DNA of 59,049 bases, counting the filler. It is 4 parts of 4 records of this genome, joined end to end, with 100 filler letters (N's around TTAATTAATTAA, not from the genome) between each part and the next. Parts side by side here need not be neighbours in the genome. Positions count along the whole stretch, not along the records: positions 1 to 29,295 come from DRR723986_30217; positions 29,396 to 37,396 come from DRR723986_30261; 2 more parts are not named here. The stretch is one strand, 5' to 3'. Position 1 is the stretch's first letter, and the number at the start of each line of letters is the position of its first letter. The translations under genes were made by a program, and so were the position numbers. Under the pieces are notes generated by a model. That model searched no databases. It had not been told where the DNA came from and worked only from the letters and a program-made list of their open reading frames with translations. This document shows, piece after piece, positions 20,478 through 29,910 of this stretch.

Positions 20478-21044
20478 ATGAATACAAGCATTATAGTTTT
20501 ACTAGCCATATCAGTCTTTTTGGCAATGATGGCTGTAATTATAAACAACCGAATCATAGCCAAGAAAAATCAGGTTGCCCAAGCTTATGGGAGTATTGAG
20601 ATCTATCTGAAAAAGAGATTTGATCTACTTCCCAACTTGGCTGCCATGGTCAAAAAATACATGGAACATGAGAAAGAGATTTTGCTGAAAGTTACCGAAC
20701 TCAGATCCCAAGTAGAAGGCGCTATTGAACAAAAAGGAAAAATTGAAGCCTCAAACGAATTAACAAAGATTTTAGGCGGACTGAATATCACTGTTGAAAA
20801 TTATCCGGAGCTCAAAGCAGACAAGCAATTCCTTCATCTTCAATATGAAATAAGTGAAATGGAAGATCAAATCTCGGCAGCTCGAAGGGCTTTCAATGCC
20901 ACAGTGGTACAATACAATAATCAAATCCAGATGTTTCCTTCCAGCCTGATTGCAGGCATCCGAAAGGATGAAAATGAGCTGCTTTTGGAGATCCCAAAAT
21001 CAGATCAAAAAGAAATTAACCTCAATCATCTTTTAAATTCATAA
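20478..21044 (+). CDS. lemA: LemA family protein
   Basis: N-terminal TM; LKKRFDLLPNL, ENYPELKA, EDQISAARRAFNATV.YN....FPS. Confidence 0.95.
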   Translation: MNTSIIVLLAISVFLAMMAVIINNRIIAKKNQVAQAYGSIEIYLKKRFDLLPNLAAMVKKYMEHEKEILLKVTELRSQVEGAIEQKGKIEASNELTKILGGLNITVENYPELKADKQFLHLQYEISEMEDQISAARRAFNATVVQYNNQIQMFPSSLIAGIRKDENELLLEIPKSDQKEINLNHLLNS

Positions 21045-21047
21045 ACT

Positions 21048-21854
21048 ATGCAAATGTTCGACAATTTGCCTTGGTACGGGTATGTTATCCTTGCTTTAGG
21101 CATCGCTTCCTATGCTTACAAGTATTTTAATATCGGCAAAAAGGAATACGACAAACCAGATTTTGAAAAAGCAAAATTCAAAAAATCTCCAGATAGCAAT
21201 CTTGACTTTGAAAAGCTTTTCTCACTAGCCCTTTATACTCCGATTTCAGAATGGTGGGGTGCAAATACCAATACGTTGATTTTTATTGACGCAAAAACCA
21301 TTCAGCCTTATTTGGAGGGCTGGAGTATTGATTCATCTTCCGGATATTGGAATTTGACGGAGTATTTCATGAAAGATGGAAGACGCTGGTATTTTGACTT
21401 TATCTATCAAATGATCCAAGCTGAGCCGAAAGAAAATTGGGATGAATTGATGGATCAAAAATTTGGAACCAATGAGCGGGCACAGAAATATCTTGATTTA
21501 TTGAGCTCTGGTGAAGTCCTAAATGATTTAAAGCAAAAAGGCATTTTTTCTTTCGATTCTGATATGGAGCTAAGTCTGGCAGGATATGATGCAGGAATGT
21601 TGGTGGGACAGGCCAGAATAGCCTTCACAGGTAATATCATCTCTGAGGAAGAGGCTTGGAAAGTCATTGATTTTGCCAGCAAATTGGCATTAGACAATTT
21701 TAGCTCTTGGGAGGATTTCGGAAAGAGCTTTGTCTTGGGTTTTGCATTGGACATGAAAGGGGATTATGACAACTATTATCAGGAGGTCTGTCATATCTAT
21801 AAGCAAGTATTGAATGATAAAAACAGTCCTTGGAATACCATCAACTGGCCTTAA
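21048..21854 (+). CDS. DUF1266-like protein
   Basis: N-terminal TM; LEGWSI, AGYDAG, ISEEEAW, FSSWEDFGKSFVLG, SPWNTINW. Confidence 0.8.
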   Translation: MQMFDNLPWYGYVILALGIASYAYKYFNIGKKEYDKPDFEKAKFKKSPDSNLDFEKLFSLALYTPISEWWGANTNTLIFIDAKTIQPYLEGWSIDSSSGYWNLTEYFMKDGRRWYFDFIYQMIQAEPKENWDELMDQKFGTNERAQKYLDLLSSGEVLNDLKQKGIFSFDSDMELSLAGYDAGMLVGQARIAFTGNIISEEEAWKVIDFASKLALDNFSSWEDFGKSFVLGFALDMKGDYDNYYQEVCHIYKQVLNDKNSPWNTINWP

Positions 21855-21857
21855 TAA

Positions 21858-22931
21858 ATGGATCAGCACCTACTCCTGGAAACATTTCGTGAAGTCCAAA
21901 CATCATTGAAGGATATCCAGGCAAAGCGAAAGAAGACGCATTTTTATCAGAAAATCACTTGGGGAATCACAGGGATTTACCTGTTGGGTATGCTATTCAT
22001 CCTGGCATCCTACTATTTATCTAGTACAGATTTGCCATTTGGAGACCTTCTAGCCAAAGCTCAGCCTTCGGCCAATAATCCGTATGCTCAGGTCTTGCCA
22101 TTTGCAGGATTGATGGTATTGATTTATTTCTCGACTTCCTTTTTCATCCAGGCATTTCAGAAATTCAAAATCCAAGAAATGAAAACCATGGACAGCATGG
22201 TTCAGAAACTATTCCCTGGTTTGGAATTTACCCAAGGAGCCGGCGCTCCCAAAAAGGAAATCCAGAGCAGTAAGCTTTTTGCTTGGCTCAACAACGATGA
22301 TCCTGTGTATAATTTCGGCCAAATGCGAAGTAGATCAAGGGAGGTGGAATTCAACCTTGCGGACATCGGAATCATTGAGAATGGCCTGTCCAATAAAGCA
22401 AGCAATACGTTTATGCGAATTCCGCTGCTGAATCTGGTGGTAGTAATGTACCAATATGTGTTCAAAAATCTAGTTTCAAATAAGCCTCAGGAAAACCTCC
22501 CCTATTCATTTCGCGGGATGTTTTGTTGGATGAAATTTCAAAAAAAGCTCGAAGGACATACGGTGGTATTCTCAAGAAATCAAGGAGTCAAATTAGATCG
22601 ATGGTCCAGTTTCAAATTTAGGGAGGAGCAAGAAATCTATCTGGAAGACCCCAGATTTACAGACAACTTTATTGTTTATGGGACAGATCAGGTTGAAGCA
22701 AGATATGTTTTATCCACTTCATTGATGGAGAGAATTTTGGAGTTAAAGAAAAAATTCAACCGCCCTATTTTCCTTTCATTTCAAAACAAGCAAATGTACC
22801 TGGCGGTCAAAAATGAAAACGGGCTTTTTGCTTTTCCTACTGGAAATTTGGAAAACATCCAGGTACTGGAAGAACTGACAAAGGAGATAGAAATTGCGTT
22901 GGAAGTCAAAAATGACTTGAAACTGTCTTAA
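21858..22931 (+). CDS. DUF3137-like membrane protein
   Basis: Two TMs; FRGMF, LEDPRF...F.VYGTDQVEARYVLS..LMERIL; a common LemA neighbour. Confidence 0.88.
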   Translation: MDQHLLLETFREVQTSLKDIQAKRKKTHFYQKITWGITGIYLLGMLFILASYYLSSTDLPFGDLLAKAQPSANNPYAQVLPFAGLMVLIYFSTSFFIQAFQKFKIQEMKTMDSMVQKLFPGLEFTQGAGAPKKEIQSSKLFAWLNNDDPVYNFGQMRSRSREVEFNLADIGIIENGLSNKASNTFMRIPLLNLVVVMYQYVFKNLVSNKPQENLPYSFRGMFCWMKFQKKLEGHTVVFSRNQGVKLDRWSSFKFREEQEIYLEDPRFTDNFIVYGTDQVEARYVLSTSLMERILELKKKFNRPIFLSFQNKQMYLAVKNENGLFAFPTGNLENIQVLEELTKEIEIALEVKNDLKLS

Positions 22932-23046
22932 AAGACAACGTTAACCCTAATCATATATAAACCTCAAGAAATTTATCAATAAGGACAACCAAACAAAAAA
23001 CGGATTTTAAAAAACAACTACTATGTGACTTTTGAATATGTCATTT

Positions 23047-25398
23047 CTAATCATTCAATTTCAAATAAATAGTTGCGATGGTTCCTTTTCCCACTTGGGA
23101 TTGAATTTCAATTTCCCCTTCATGCAATTCTATAAAGTTTTTAACTGCTACCAGGCCAAATCCGGTCCCTTCTTTACCAGAAGCATTGGATCCTCGGTAA
23201 AATGGTGTAAAAATATAGGGTAGCTCTTTTTCTAATATCCCCATGCCAAAGTCCTTAACCTTTATCCCCAATTTATTTCCTTTTAAAAACAGGTGAATTA
23301 TAGGAGCTTTTTTATCTGCTCCATACTTTAAAGCATTGCTTAAGAGGTTTACAACGCTGGTTTCTATCAAAAATTGATCGATCCTCATAGTAAACCCTTC
23401 GTCAAGCGTAGATGAAAACCATACCTTATCAAGAAACCCTTTGGATATTAGGATATTCTTAATAAAAGTCTCAAAAACTACTTTCTCCTTTTTTAATGAG
23501 GGATTATTAGAAATAAACCGATCGTAATCTAACGATTGGTTAACCAATTTATAAAGGCTTTCCAGTTCCAATTCCATCTTCTCGCAATGACTCTTTAATT
23601 TAGTTGTTCCATCAACTATTCCCAATTGGTCTAAATAATATTTAGTCAATTCCAAACTGGAAAGAATGGTAGCCAAAGGGGTTTTGAATTCATGGGAAAT
23701 CACATTAATAAAATCATAGACAAATTCTGAAAACTGTCTTTCTTTTTCTAATGATTTAATCAACCTGTTTTCAAAATCCTTTTGTATAGAGACATCTCGG
23801 ATTACTGCGATAATTTTTTGTTCTTGTTCTTCGTACAAAAGATTCACATTTGACTCTACCCAATACTCCTCTTTTTTATTGTGTTTTAGTAGAAGTGTAG
23901 ATCGGTATTTCCCATTGGAAATTCCATATTTAGGGGAAATTGTTTGGTCCATAAGGTCCTTTATACAGGATTCTATTTCTTTTTCATCTAGTTCATTGTC
24001 AAAGAATTGATCGGAAGAGGATGATATAAATTCCAGCTCTTTATTGCTGTTCATAACTACAATCAAATCAGGACTGTGGTCAGCGACATTTGATAAGATT
24101 TTGGCTTTTACAAGTGATTCTTTTTCAAATTGTTTTTTTTCATTTTCAAATTTAATCGCTTCAATAATCAAAGAATAGGTTGAAATAAAAGGAGATAATT
24201 CCAATACATCATCATTTGAAAAGCCACCTTCTTTATTTCCCAAACCAATTAAGCCTATAACCTCTTTTCCTTTTAAAATAGGAACTCCCAAAAAATTATG
24301 GACTTTTGGATGGCCAGGAACTTTTACCCCTTTTGTATGGGGATTACTGGGAGGATTATTTTCCAGTATAATTTTAGATTCCGTTATACAAGCCCCAAAA
24401 AGATTATCCAAATGACGAAACAGATAATCGTTTTTCACATGCTTTTGATACAAGTCATGAGCCTCTTTGCTCTGATCGGATATATCACTTGCAGCATGAA
24501 TCCGTAATATTTTATTTCCTGTTTTATCGGTCAGGACTTTTCCCACAAAGCCAATTTCTGCATCAATCACATTCAAGATATTGGACAACAACAATTCATA
24601 TGGATTGGAATCAGAACTTTTCAATAAAAAATGACCTTGGACTTCAACTACCCGCGTCAATAGTTCATTCGTTCTATGAAGTTTCAATTCAACTGATTTC
24701 TGGATGTCGATATCTTGGAGAATCACCAAAATCATAGTAGTGCCTTCCGGATTAATTCGATAAAGATTCAGTGAAAACCAGTTTCCTTGCTCGCCTCCTA
24801 GTAATAACTTAGATTCAATGGTTAACATGGAGAACTCGCCAGCTTCTTTCCAACTCAACACCTTTTCAAAATCCGCAGCATCTATAAAAAAATCCTGGAT
24901 TGAAAAACCACTAACAAGATTGGAAACCTGATCATTTAGGATGGGGAGTGTAGCTGAGTTTACAGCAAGAACCTCTGTAAATGTTTCATTAAATAGTATA
25001 GTTGGCGTCTCTGTTTTATGGACAATTTCAATAATAGCACTATAGGAAAGCTCAAAAAACTTTTTGTTTTGAACATAAAAAACAACATGAAATGTAGCAG
25101 TTTGAAAATTTACCCAACAGATTTCCTTTAGATGAATTCTTTGTTGGTTTATCTTAACTGAGTAAGAAAAAACTTGATCCCCTGACATGGTAAAACTTCG
25201 TTCAATAGGTTTATTTTCATCACAAAGTGATGCATCAATCAGCGTTTTAAAATCCTCATAATTTTTTATATCCTTGCCGATATCTTCTCCGAAAAGCAAG
25301 TGTAATTCGCTATTGATCTGGATCAATCGGGTAGATTTAAGACTGAAAACCAAATGTTCGTTACTAAATGTGGTCAAAACTGATTCGGTAATTTTCAT
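23047..25398 (-). CDS. Cytoplasmic PAS/GAF sensor histidine kinase
   Basis: GAF (PGHPKVHNFLGVPI..IGLIGLGNK), PAS, H-box ISHEFKTPL, NLLSNALKY, DFGMGI, GTGFGL. Likely start ATG 25398 (MKITES); the ORF is open to 25590. Confidence 0.92.
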   Translation of the reverse strand: MKITESVLTTFSNEHLVFSLKSTRLIQINSELHLLFGEDIGKDIKNYEDFKTLIDASLCDENKPIERSFTMSGDQVFSYSVKINQQRIHLKEICWVNFQTATFHVVFYVQNKKFFELSYSAIIEIVHKTETPTILFNETFTEVLAVNSATLPILNDQVSNLVSGFSIQDFFIDAADFEKVLSWKEAGEFSMLTIESKLLLGGEQGNWFSLNLYRINPEGTTMILVILQDIDIQKSVELKLHRTNELLTRVVEVQGHFLLKSSDSNPYELLLSNILNVIDAEIGFVGKVLTDKTGNKILRIHAASDISDQSKEAHDLYQKHVKNDYLFRHLDNLFGACITESKIILENNPPSNPHTKGVKVPGHPKVHNFLGVPILKGKEVIGLIGLGNKEGGFSNDDVLELSPFISTYSLIIEAIKFENEKKQFEKESLVKAKILSNVADHSPDLIVVMNSNKELEFISSSSDQFFDNELDEKEIESCIKDLMDQTISPKYGISNGKYRSTLLLKHNKKEEYWVESNVNLLYEEQEQKIIAVIRDVSIQKDFENRLIKSLEKERQFSEFVYDFINVISHEFKTPLATILSSLELTKYYLDQLGIVDGTTKLKSHCEKMELELESLYKLVNQSLDYDRFISNNPSLKKEKVVFETFIKNILISKGFLDKVWFSSTLDEGFTMRIDQFLIETSVVNLLSNALKYGADKKAPIIHLFLKGNKLGIKVKDFGMGILEKELPYIFTPFYRGSNASGKEGTGFGLVAVKNFIELHEGEIEIQSQVGKGTIATIYLKLND

Positions 25399-25978
25399 TA
25401 AAAAAGGATTTAAGATATAAGGCAAATGGGGAACTGGTGTATTTCCTGAGGGGATATAATCTGAGATTATGAAACTTCCATTAGGATAGTTCATGAAATT
25501 TATTTTATAATAACTAATCATTAGAACAAAAACCGTAGAAAAACTCACCCGTTGCGGGGTTAAATTTTCCAAGTCAGCGATCCTAACCATCAGTAAAACA
25601 ATCTTTATTTATTCCAATTAATCCATATTAATTTATAATTTATTACGATTATTCATCCTATCATCTGAATGGAATAGTAATTTGAGTTAATATACTTGTT
25701 AATCTTTCATGCAATTTCTAACTAATTAACAAGGAACAATTTTTGGATTTTAGATTATCAGAATATTACCCTGTACGTGTTTAAAACTCCCAATTTTGAC
25801 AACACAAATAGTAAACTAGGTATTTAGTCATAAATTTACATTAAACACTTTAGCCGCTGATTGGTTATCGGATCAAATACGATTAGAAAATTCATCTCGT
25901 TTGCTTATCAAGATATCATAATCAATGTTGATTTCAGAAAACCAAACAATTATTACCAATTCATTCATTTAATTATGC

Positions 25979-26398
25979 ATGTTTATGCAAAATCAAGTAA
26001 CATTACCTGTAGACAGCTATTGTCTTATCAAAGATTTATTAGTAAATAAGCATTTGCTGGAACTCAAATTAATTATAGACACCAAATTACCTGTAATTAT
26101 TGGAGACCCCTCGCAATTGGAAGAAATATTCAAAAGCTTTATTGATGTGGCCATCCATGAATTCCAAAATATTGATGGTTCAGTATATTTTAAATACTTT
26201 AATGATCCTTTCCCTACTATTTGCGTAAGTCTAATTTCAAAAGTTTCATCCCTGGAGACACATCTCAATGAAGCCAGAATGGTAAACAAAATCACTGATT
26301 TTGATTTAGTTATTGTACCGCCCAACTCTAAAACTCTTATAGGAATAGAAAATTTTAAACACAAACTATTCTATAGCAAAAGACAAAAAACCGGTTAA
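25979..26398 (+). CDS. Hypothetical protein resembling a degenerate HATPase fragment
   Basis: LPVIIGDPSQLEEIFKSFIDVAI resembles the segment around the kinase N-box but lacks the Asn and the G boxes. Confidence 0.5.
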   Translation: MFMQNQVTLPVDSYCLIKDLLVNKHLLELKLIIDTKLPVIIGDPSQLEEIFKSFIDVAIHEFQNIDGSVYFKYFNDPFPTICVSLISKVSSLETHLNEARMVNKITDFDLVIVPPNSKTLIGIENFKHKLFYSKRQKTG

Positions 26399-26413
26399 AA
26401 TAACCGGTTCTTT
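26385..26413. terminator. Probable bidirectional terminator
   Basis: AACCGGTTA-AAA-TAACCGGTT hairpin with A and T flanks, between convergent genes. Confidence 0.6.
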
Positions 26414-26507
26414 AGTAGAATCACTTTGTATAAAACACCTTAATAGTGGTAAAAGAAAAAGAATTTCCTCAATCCAAGCCTCCCCACTTCCTCATTGGGA
26501 AGTTCTA

Positions 26508-28472
26508 TTAATATTCAGTTATCTTAAATTCAGTTCTACGGTTTTCTTGATGCTGTTCTTCCGCACAAGAAACGCCATTTCCGCAGGAATTTGTCAATTC
26601 CTCTTCCCCTTTACCAATACCAATTAATCTTGAATCACTGATTCCAGCATCCACTAAGTAATCTATCACAGCTTTTGCCCTTTTATCGGATAATTTCAGG
26701 TTATATGAATTGGAACCTCTTGAATCTGTATGGGAATAAAGTTCAATTTTTATAGTAGGATTATCCCGAAGTATTTTGATCAGGTTATCAAGTTCCGGTT
26801 TGGCATCATCTCTAATGTTCCATTTATCAAAATCATAATAAATTTTATCAAGTTTGTACGTTTTCCCAACGGAAATCTTACTAAGGAAAATATCCCTAAC
26901 AATCACTGAATCTTTAAAAACAGCAGCTGAAGGGATGGTAATTTTTCCTGTATTTTCAACAAGGTAGCCTGTCTTGTTAGCTTCCAGTGAAATCACCTGA
27001 TCAAAATTAATTTTAAAACGATATGCCCCATCTTCTTCGGAAACATAAGTGTTTACATTTTGGGATTGGGCATTAAAGAGACTGACAACCGCATCTTCCA
27101 CAATCTCATGGGTCTCTTTATCCAAAACACGTCCTTTAATAACAAGATCTTTTTTGACAAATAGATCTGCAAAATAGAGGTCATCTAATCCTTTTCCTCC
27201 TTGTCTATCTGAAGAATAAACAGCTTTCGAATCGGAGCCTGGAAGCATGGAAAGTCCAAAATCATCCCTATTGGAATTGACAGGACTCCCGAGGTTCTCA
27301 GGTTCCTGATATTTTCCATTTTCAAACATAGTTTTGAAAATATCCAATCCTCCTAGCCCAGCGTGTCCGGAACTTGCAAAATACAGAGCCCCATTTTTAT
27401 CAATAAATGGAGTTCTTTCTTCTCCTTTGGTATTTATTTCCGGTCCTAAATTTACCGGACTGGACCAGTTTCCTCCTTGCCATTGGGAATAATACAGATC
27501 TGCTTCTCCCAACCCGCCAGGCATGTCCGATGAAAAATATAGCTTCTTATCGGAAGGATCATAAAACGGATCAGATACGGCATAGGAAAACGGATTATTG
27601 AAGGGAAGTGGTTTGAATGAATTCACATCCACCAACCCGGTATCCAAGGCAAAATACAGTTCTGGGTATAAGGTATAATCCTTAGGAGAATTATTTTTTT
27701 CAGATTTCCGGAATTTCTGTTCCTGGGTTAATGTCAGAAACAAATTTTCACCAATTGAATACAAAGGCCCAACATGCAGTTCACTTTGTAGGCTTTCTTC
27801 CAGAATTGGTGGTTCCTTGATGTTGTTTTCCGAACCATCCCAATCAGACCGGTACATTTTCAGAAAACCATTGCCCGTCCATCCATAAATATTACTTTTT
27901 AAAGCATTGTTTGGATTAAGCTTTGCATTTTTCGAAATCAGTCTGTCTGATGTAAAATAAAGAGTTGAATCTTCTGTTATGTAGGGACCAAATTCGGAGA
28001 AGGAAGAATTGGCTTCCTCCAAGGGAACAATGGCTGATTCCGAAGATTTGTTTAGAAAAGACTTTCCACCCAGAGCTGTTTTCCATATCAATTCAAGTTC
28101 TGGATTATTCCTCCCTGAATCCAAGCGAGTCAAAACTGATTGAGCTTCCGAATAATTAGAATTGGCGATCAAGGTTTCTGCATAAGGTTTTAGGTCCTCT
28201 TCCAATAGGCCATTATCGCGATCCAATCTGGCATACCATTCTTCTGCATGCTCAAAATTTCTGACTTTGGTATAGGCCTGAGCCAACCCGCGGGCAGTCT
28301 CCGGCATAGGTGATTCATCCCAACTTTGCAGAAACATATCTATACCAGAAGAATAATTTAAATTTTCTGTCTGCTTTACCCCTTCCTGATAATTTTTATA
28401 AGCCAATGGCTTGCATCCCAAAAAGCAAAGAAACAATACGCAGGTAATGATGTTATTTTTTTTCATCAGCAT
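26508..28472 (-). CDS. PorE-like OmpA family lipoprotein (TPR, PD40/WD40, carboxypeptidase-regulatory-like, OmpA)
   Basis: Lipobox FLGC; LYFSSDMPGGLG, NLGPEINT, GLGGLDIF; IYYDFDKWNIR, SHTDSRG..YNLKLSDKRA, NRRTEF. Confidence 0.93.
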   Translation of the reverse strand: MLMKKNNIITCVLFLCFLGCKPLAYKNYQEGVKQTENLNYSSGIDMFLQSWDESPMPETARGLAQAYTKVRNFEHAEEWYARLDRDNGLLEEDLKPYAETLIANSNYSEAQSVLTRLDSGRNNPELELIWKTALGGKSFLNKSSESAIVPLEEANSSFSEFGPYITEDSTLYFTSDRLISKNAKLNPNNALKSNIYGWTGNGFLKMYRSDWDGSENNIKEPPILEESLQSELHVGPLYSIGENLFLTLTQEQKFRKSEKNNSPKDYTLYPELYFALDTGLVDVNSFKPLPFNNPFSYAVSDPFYDPSDKKLYFSSDMPGGLGEADLYYSQWQGGNWSSPVNLGPEINTKGEERTPFIDKNGALYFASSGHAGLGGLDIFKTMFENGKYQEPENLGSPVNSNRDDFGLSMLPGSDSKAVYSSDRQGGKGLDDLYFADLFVKKDLVIKGRVLDKETHEIVEDAVVSLFNAQSQNVNTYVSEEDGAYRFKINFDQVISLEANKTGYLVENTGKITIPSAAVFKDSVIVRDIFLSKISVGKTYKLDKIYYDFDKWNIRDDAKPELDNLIKILRDNPTIKIELYSHTDSRGSNSYNLKLSDKRAKAVIDYLVDAGISDSRLIGIGKGEEELTNSCGNGVSCAEEQHQENRRTEFKITEY

Positions 28473-28478
28473 ATCTGA

Positions 28479-29295
28479 TTAAAAGAATCTAGGTGAAACC
28501 AAACGAACCCGTTTTGCGGGGAATAAAAATGCAATAGAAATATCGTGGGTTGAAAAAGCCCCGACTGAAAATCCTGAAACAGTGTGATCATAGGCATATC
28601 CCAGTCTTAAGCCCTCTTTCAACTGAACCTGGACCATCCCTAAAATTGCGGCAGATTTTTTTAATCCGTCCTGTATTTCCCTTCCAGGCATATCAATTCC
28701 AAATCGATACCCTGCTCCTAACCAGAACATGTCGTTAAGGATCAGGGCAGCATTCAAATCCATTCTTGCAGGAGCTTTAAAATCATCCATATACATAATG
28801 GAAGGAACCAAAGAGAAATTATAATTGAGATCAAAATGATATCCTCCTGTCAGATAGAGATGTGGATCTGGTTTAACCATAACATCACCTTTATCAAAAT
28901 CAAAAACAGAAGCAAGCATCTGATCTGAGGCTATCCCAGCATAAAATTTTTCATCGTAGAGAAATAAGCCCAATTTCAGGTCAGGATAAGTCATACGTTC
29001 TTTGCTCAATGGCACCGAAGGGTCTCCATCGATGTCCGGATTCAGCATCGATCCATCCAGTTGGGAATTGACAAAACCGGCTCCAACTCCGAAACTCAGG
29101 TATTTTGTTTTGGTAAGTCTAAGGTGATAAGCAACGTTTCCATAGGCCGCAACTGTCCTTTGCGCCCCAAGCTTATCGGTAAGAAACTGGGCGCCAACCC
29201 CCAACTGCGATTCCTCTAAATAAGTATCACCTGCCACAGCAAATGTCTCAGGGCTACCATTAACCCCTGTCCATTGCTTTCTATAATAAGATTGC
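28479..29295 (-). CDS. PorP/SprF family type IX secretion membrane protein, 5' truncated by the gap
   Basis: Frame stays open to the contig end with YRKQWTGVNGSPET; also LRLGYAYD, THDISI and terminal SPRFF. Confidence 0.92.
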
Positions 29296-29395
29296 NNNNN
29301 NNNNNNNNNNNNNNNNNNNNNNNNNNNNNNNNNNNNNNNTTAATTAATTAANNNNNNNNNNNNNNNNNNNNNNNNNNNNNNNNNNNNNNNNNNNN
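29296..29395. other. Artificial contig spacer
   Basis: N runs flanking TTAATTAATTAA (stop codons in all frames). Confidence 0.98.
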
Positions 29396-29842
29396 ATTCC
29401 GGCTATCTTTCAATTACTCAATTAAACGCGTTACCTCCTATCGGCCCTACTCTTTCTTCGCTGCTATATGCAGTAAGCCGCCAGCCGGCCTGGAAGCAGC
29501 CACACACATCTTAGCTCAGGCATCTGCCGGGCGGTATTCAGGTAACAGAATGTTGTGCAATGAGTTAACCAAAGCACTGCAATCCGCCGGCAATTGATAT
29601 TCAATTCTGTGAAACCTTTCGCATTCTGGCAGCCCTAGCTGTTAACAACTTTTGACCGAATCTTTGGGGCTTGCATGTGTGCATGGAGTATGCGACCACC
29701 GTTACACAACTGTCTATTCCAAAACTCTCGGACAAAGGAGACTTCTGACTCCGTGCTTCCAGACTTCTAACTCCCTGACTAACAAGATGAAAAAGCAAGC
29801 CACAAGCCGATAGGCGCAGGCGGCGAAGCAATCAAGCTAAAC

Positions 29843-29874
29843 AAAAAAGGACGAGGAATACTCCCCGCCCTTTT
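29843..29874 (-). terminator. Intrinsic terminator of the FG-GAP gene
   Basis: Minus strand GGGCGGGGA-GTAT-TCCTCGTCC-TTTTTT, about 35 nt after the stop. Confidence 0.8.
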
Positions 29875-29910
29875 ATCAATCAACCTGGTCAGATTTACCG
29901 AACACCAAGT

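Noticed and set aside
29340-29351. TTAATTAATTAA palindrome, also at 37441 and 48629
   Set aside because: Synthetic linker inside N runs, not biological.
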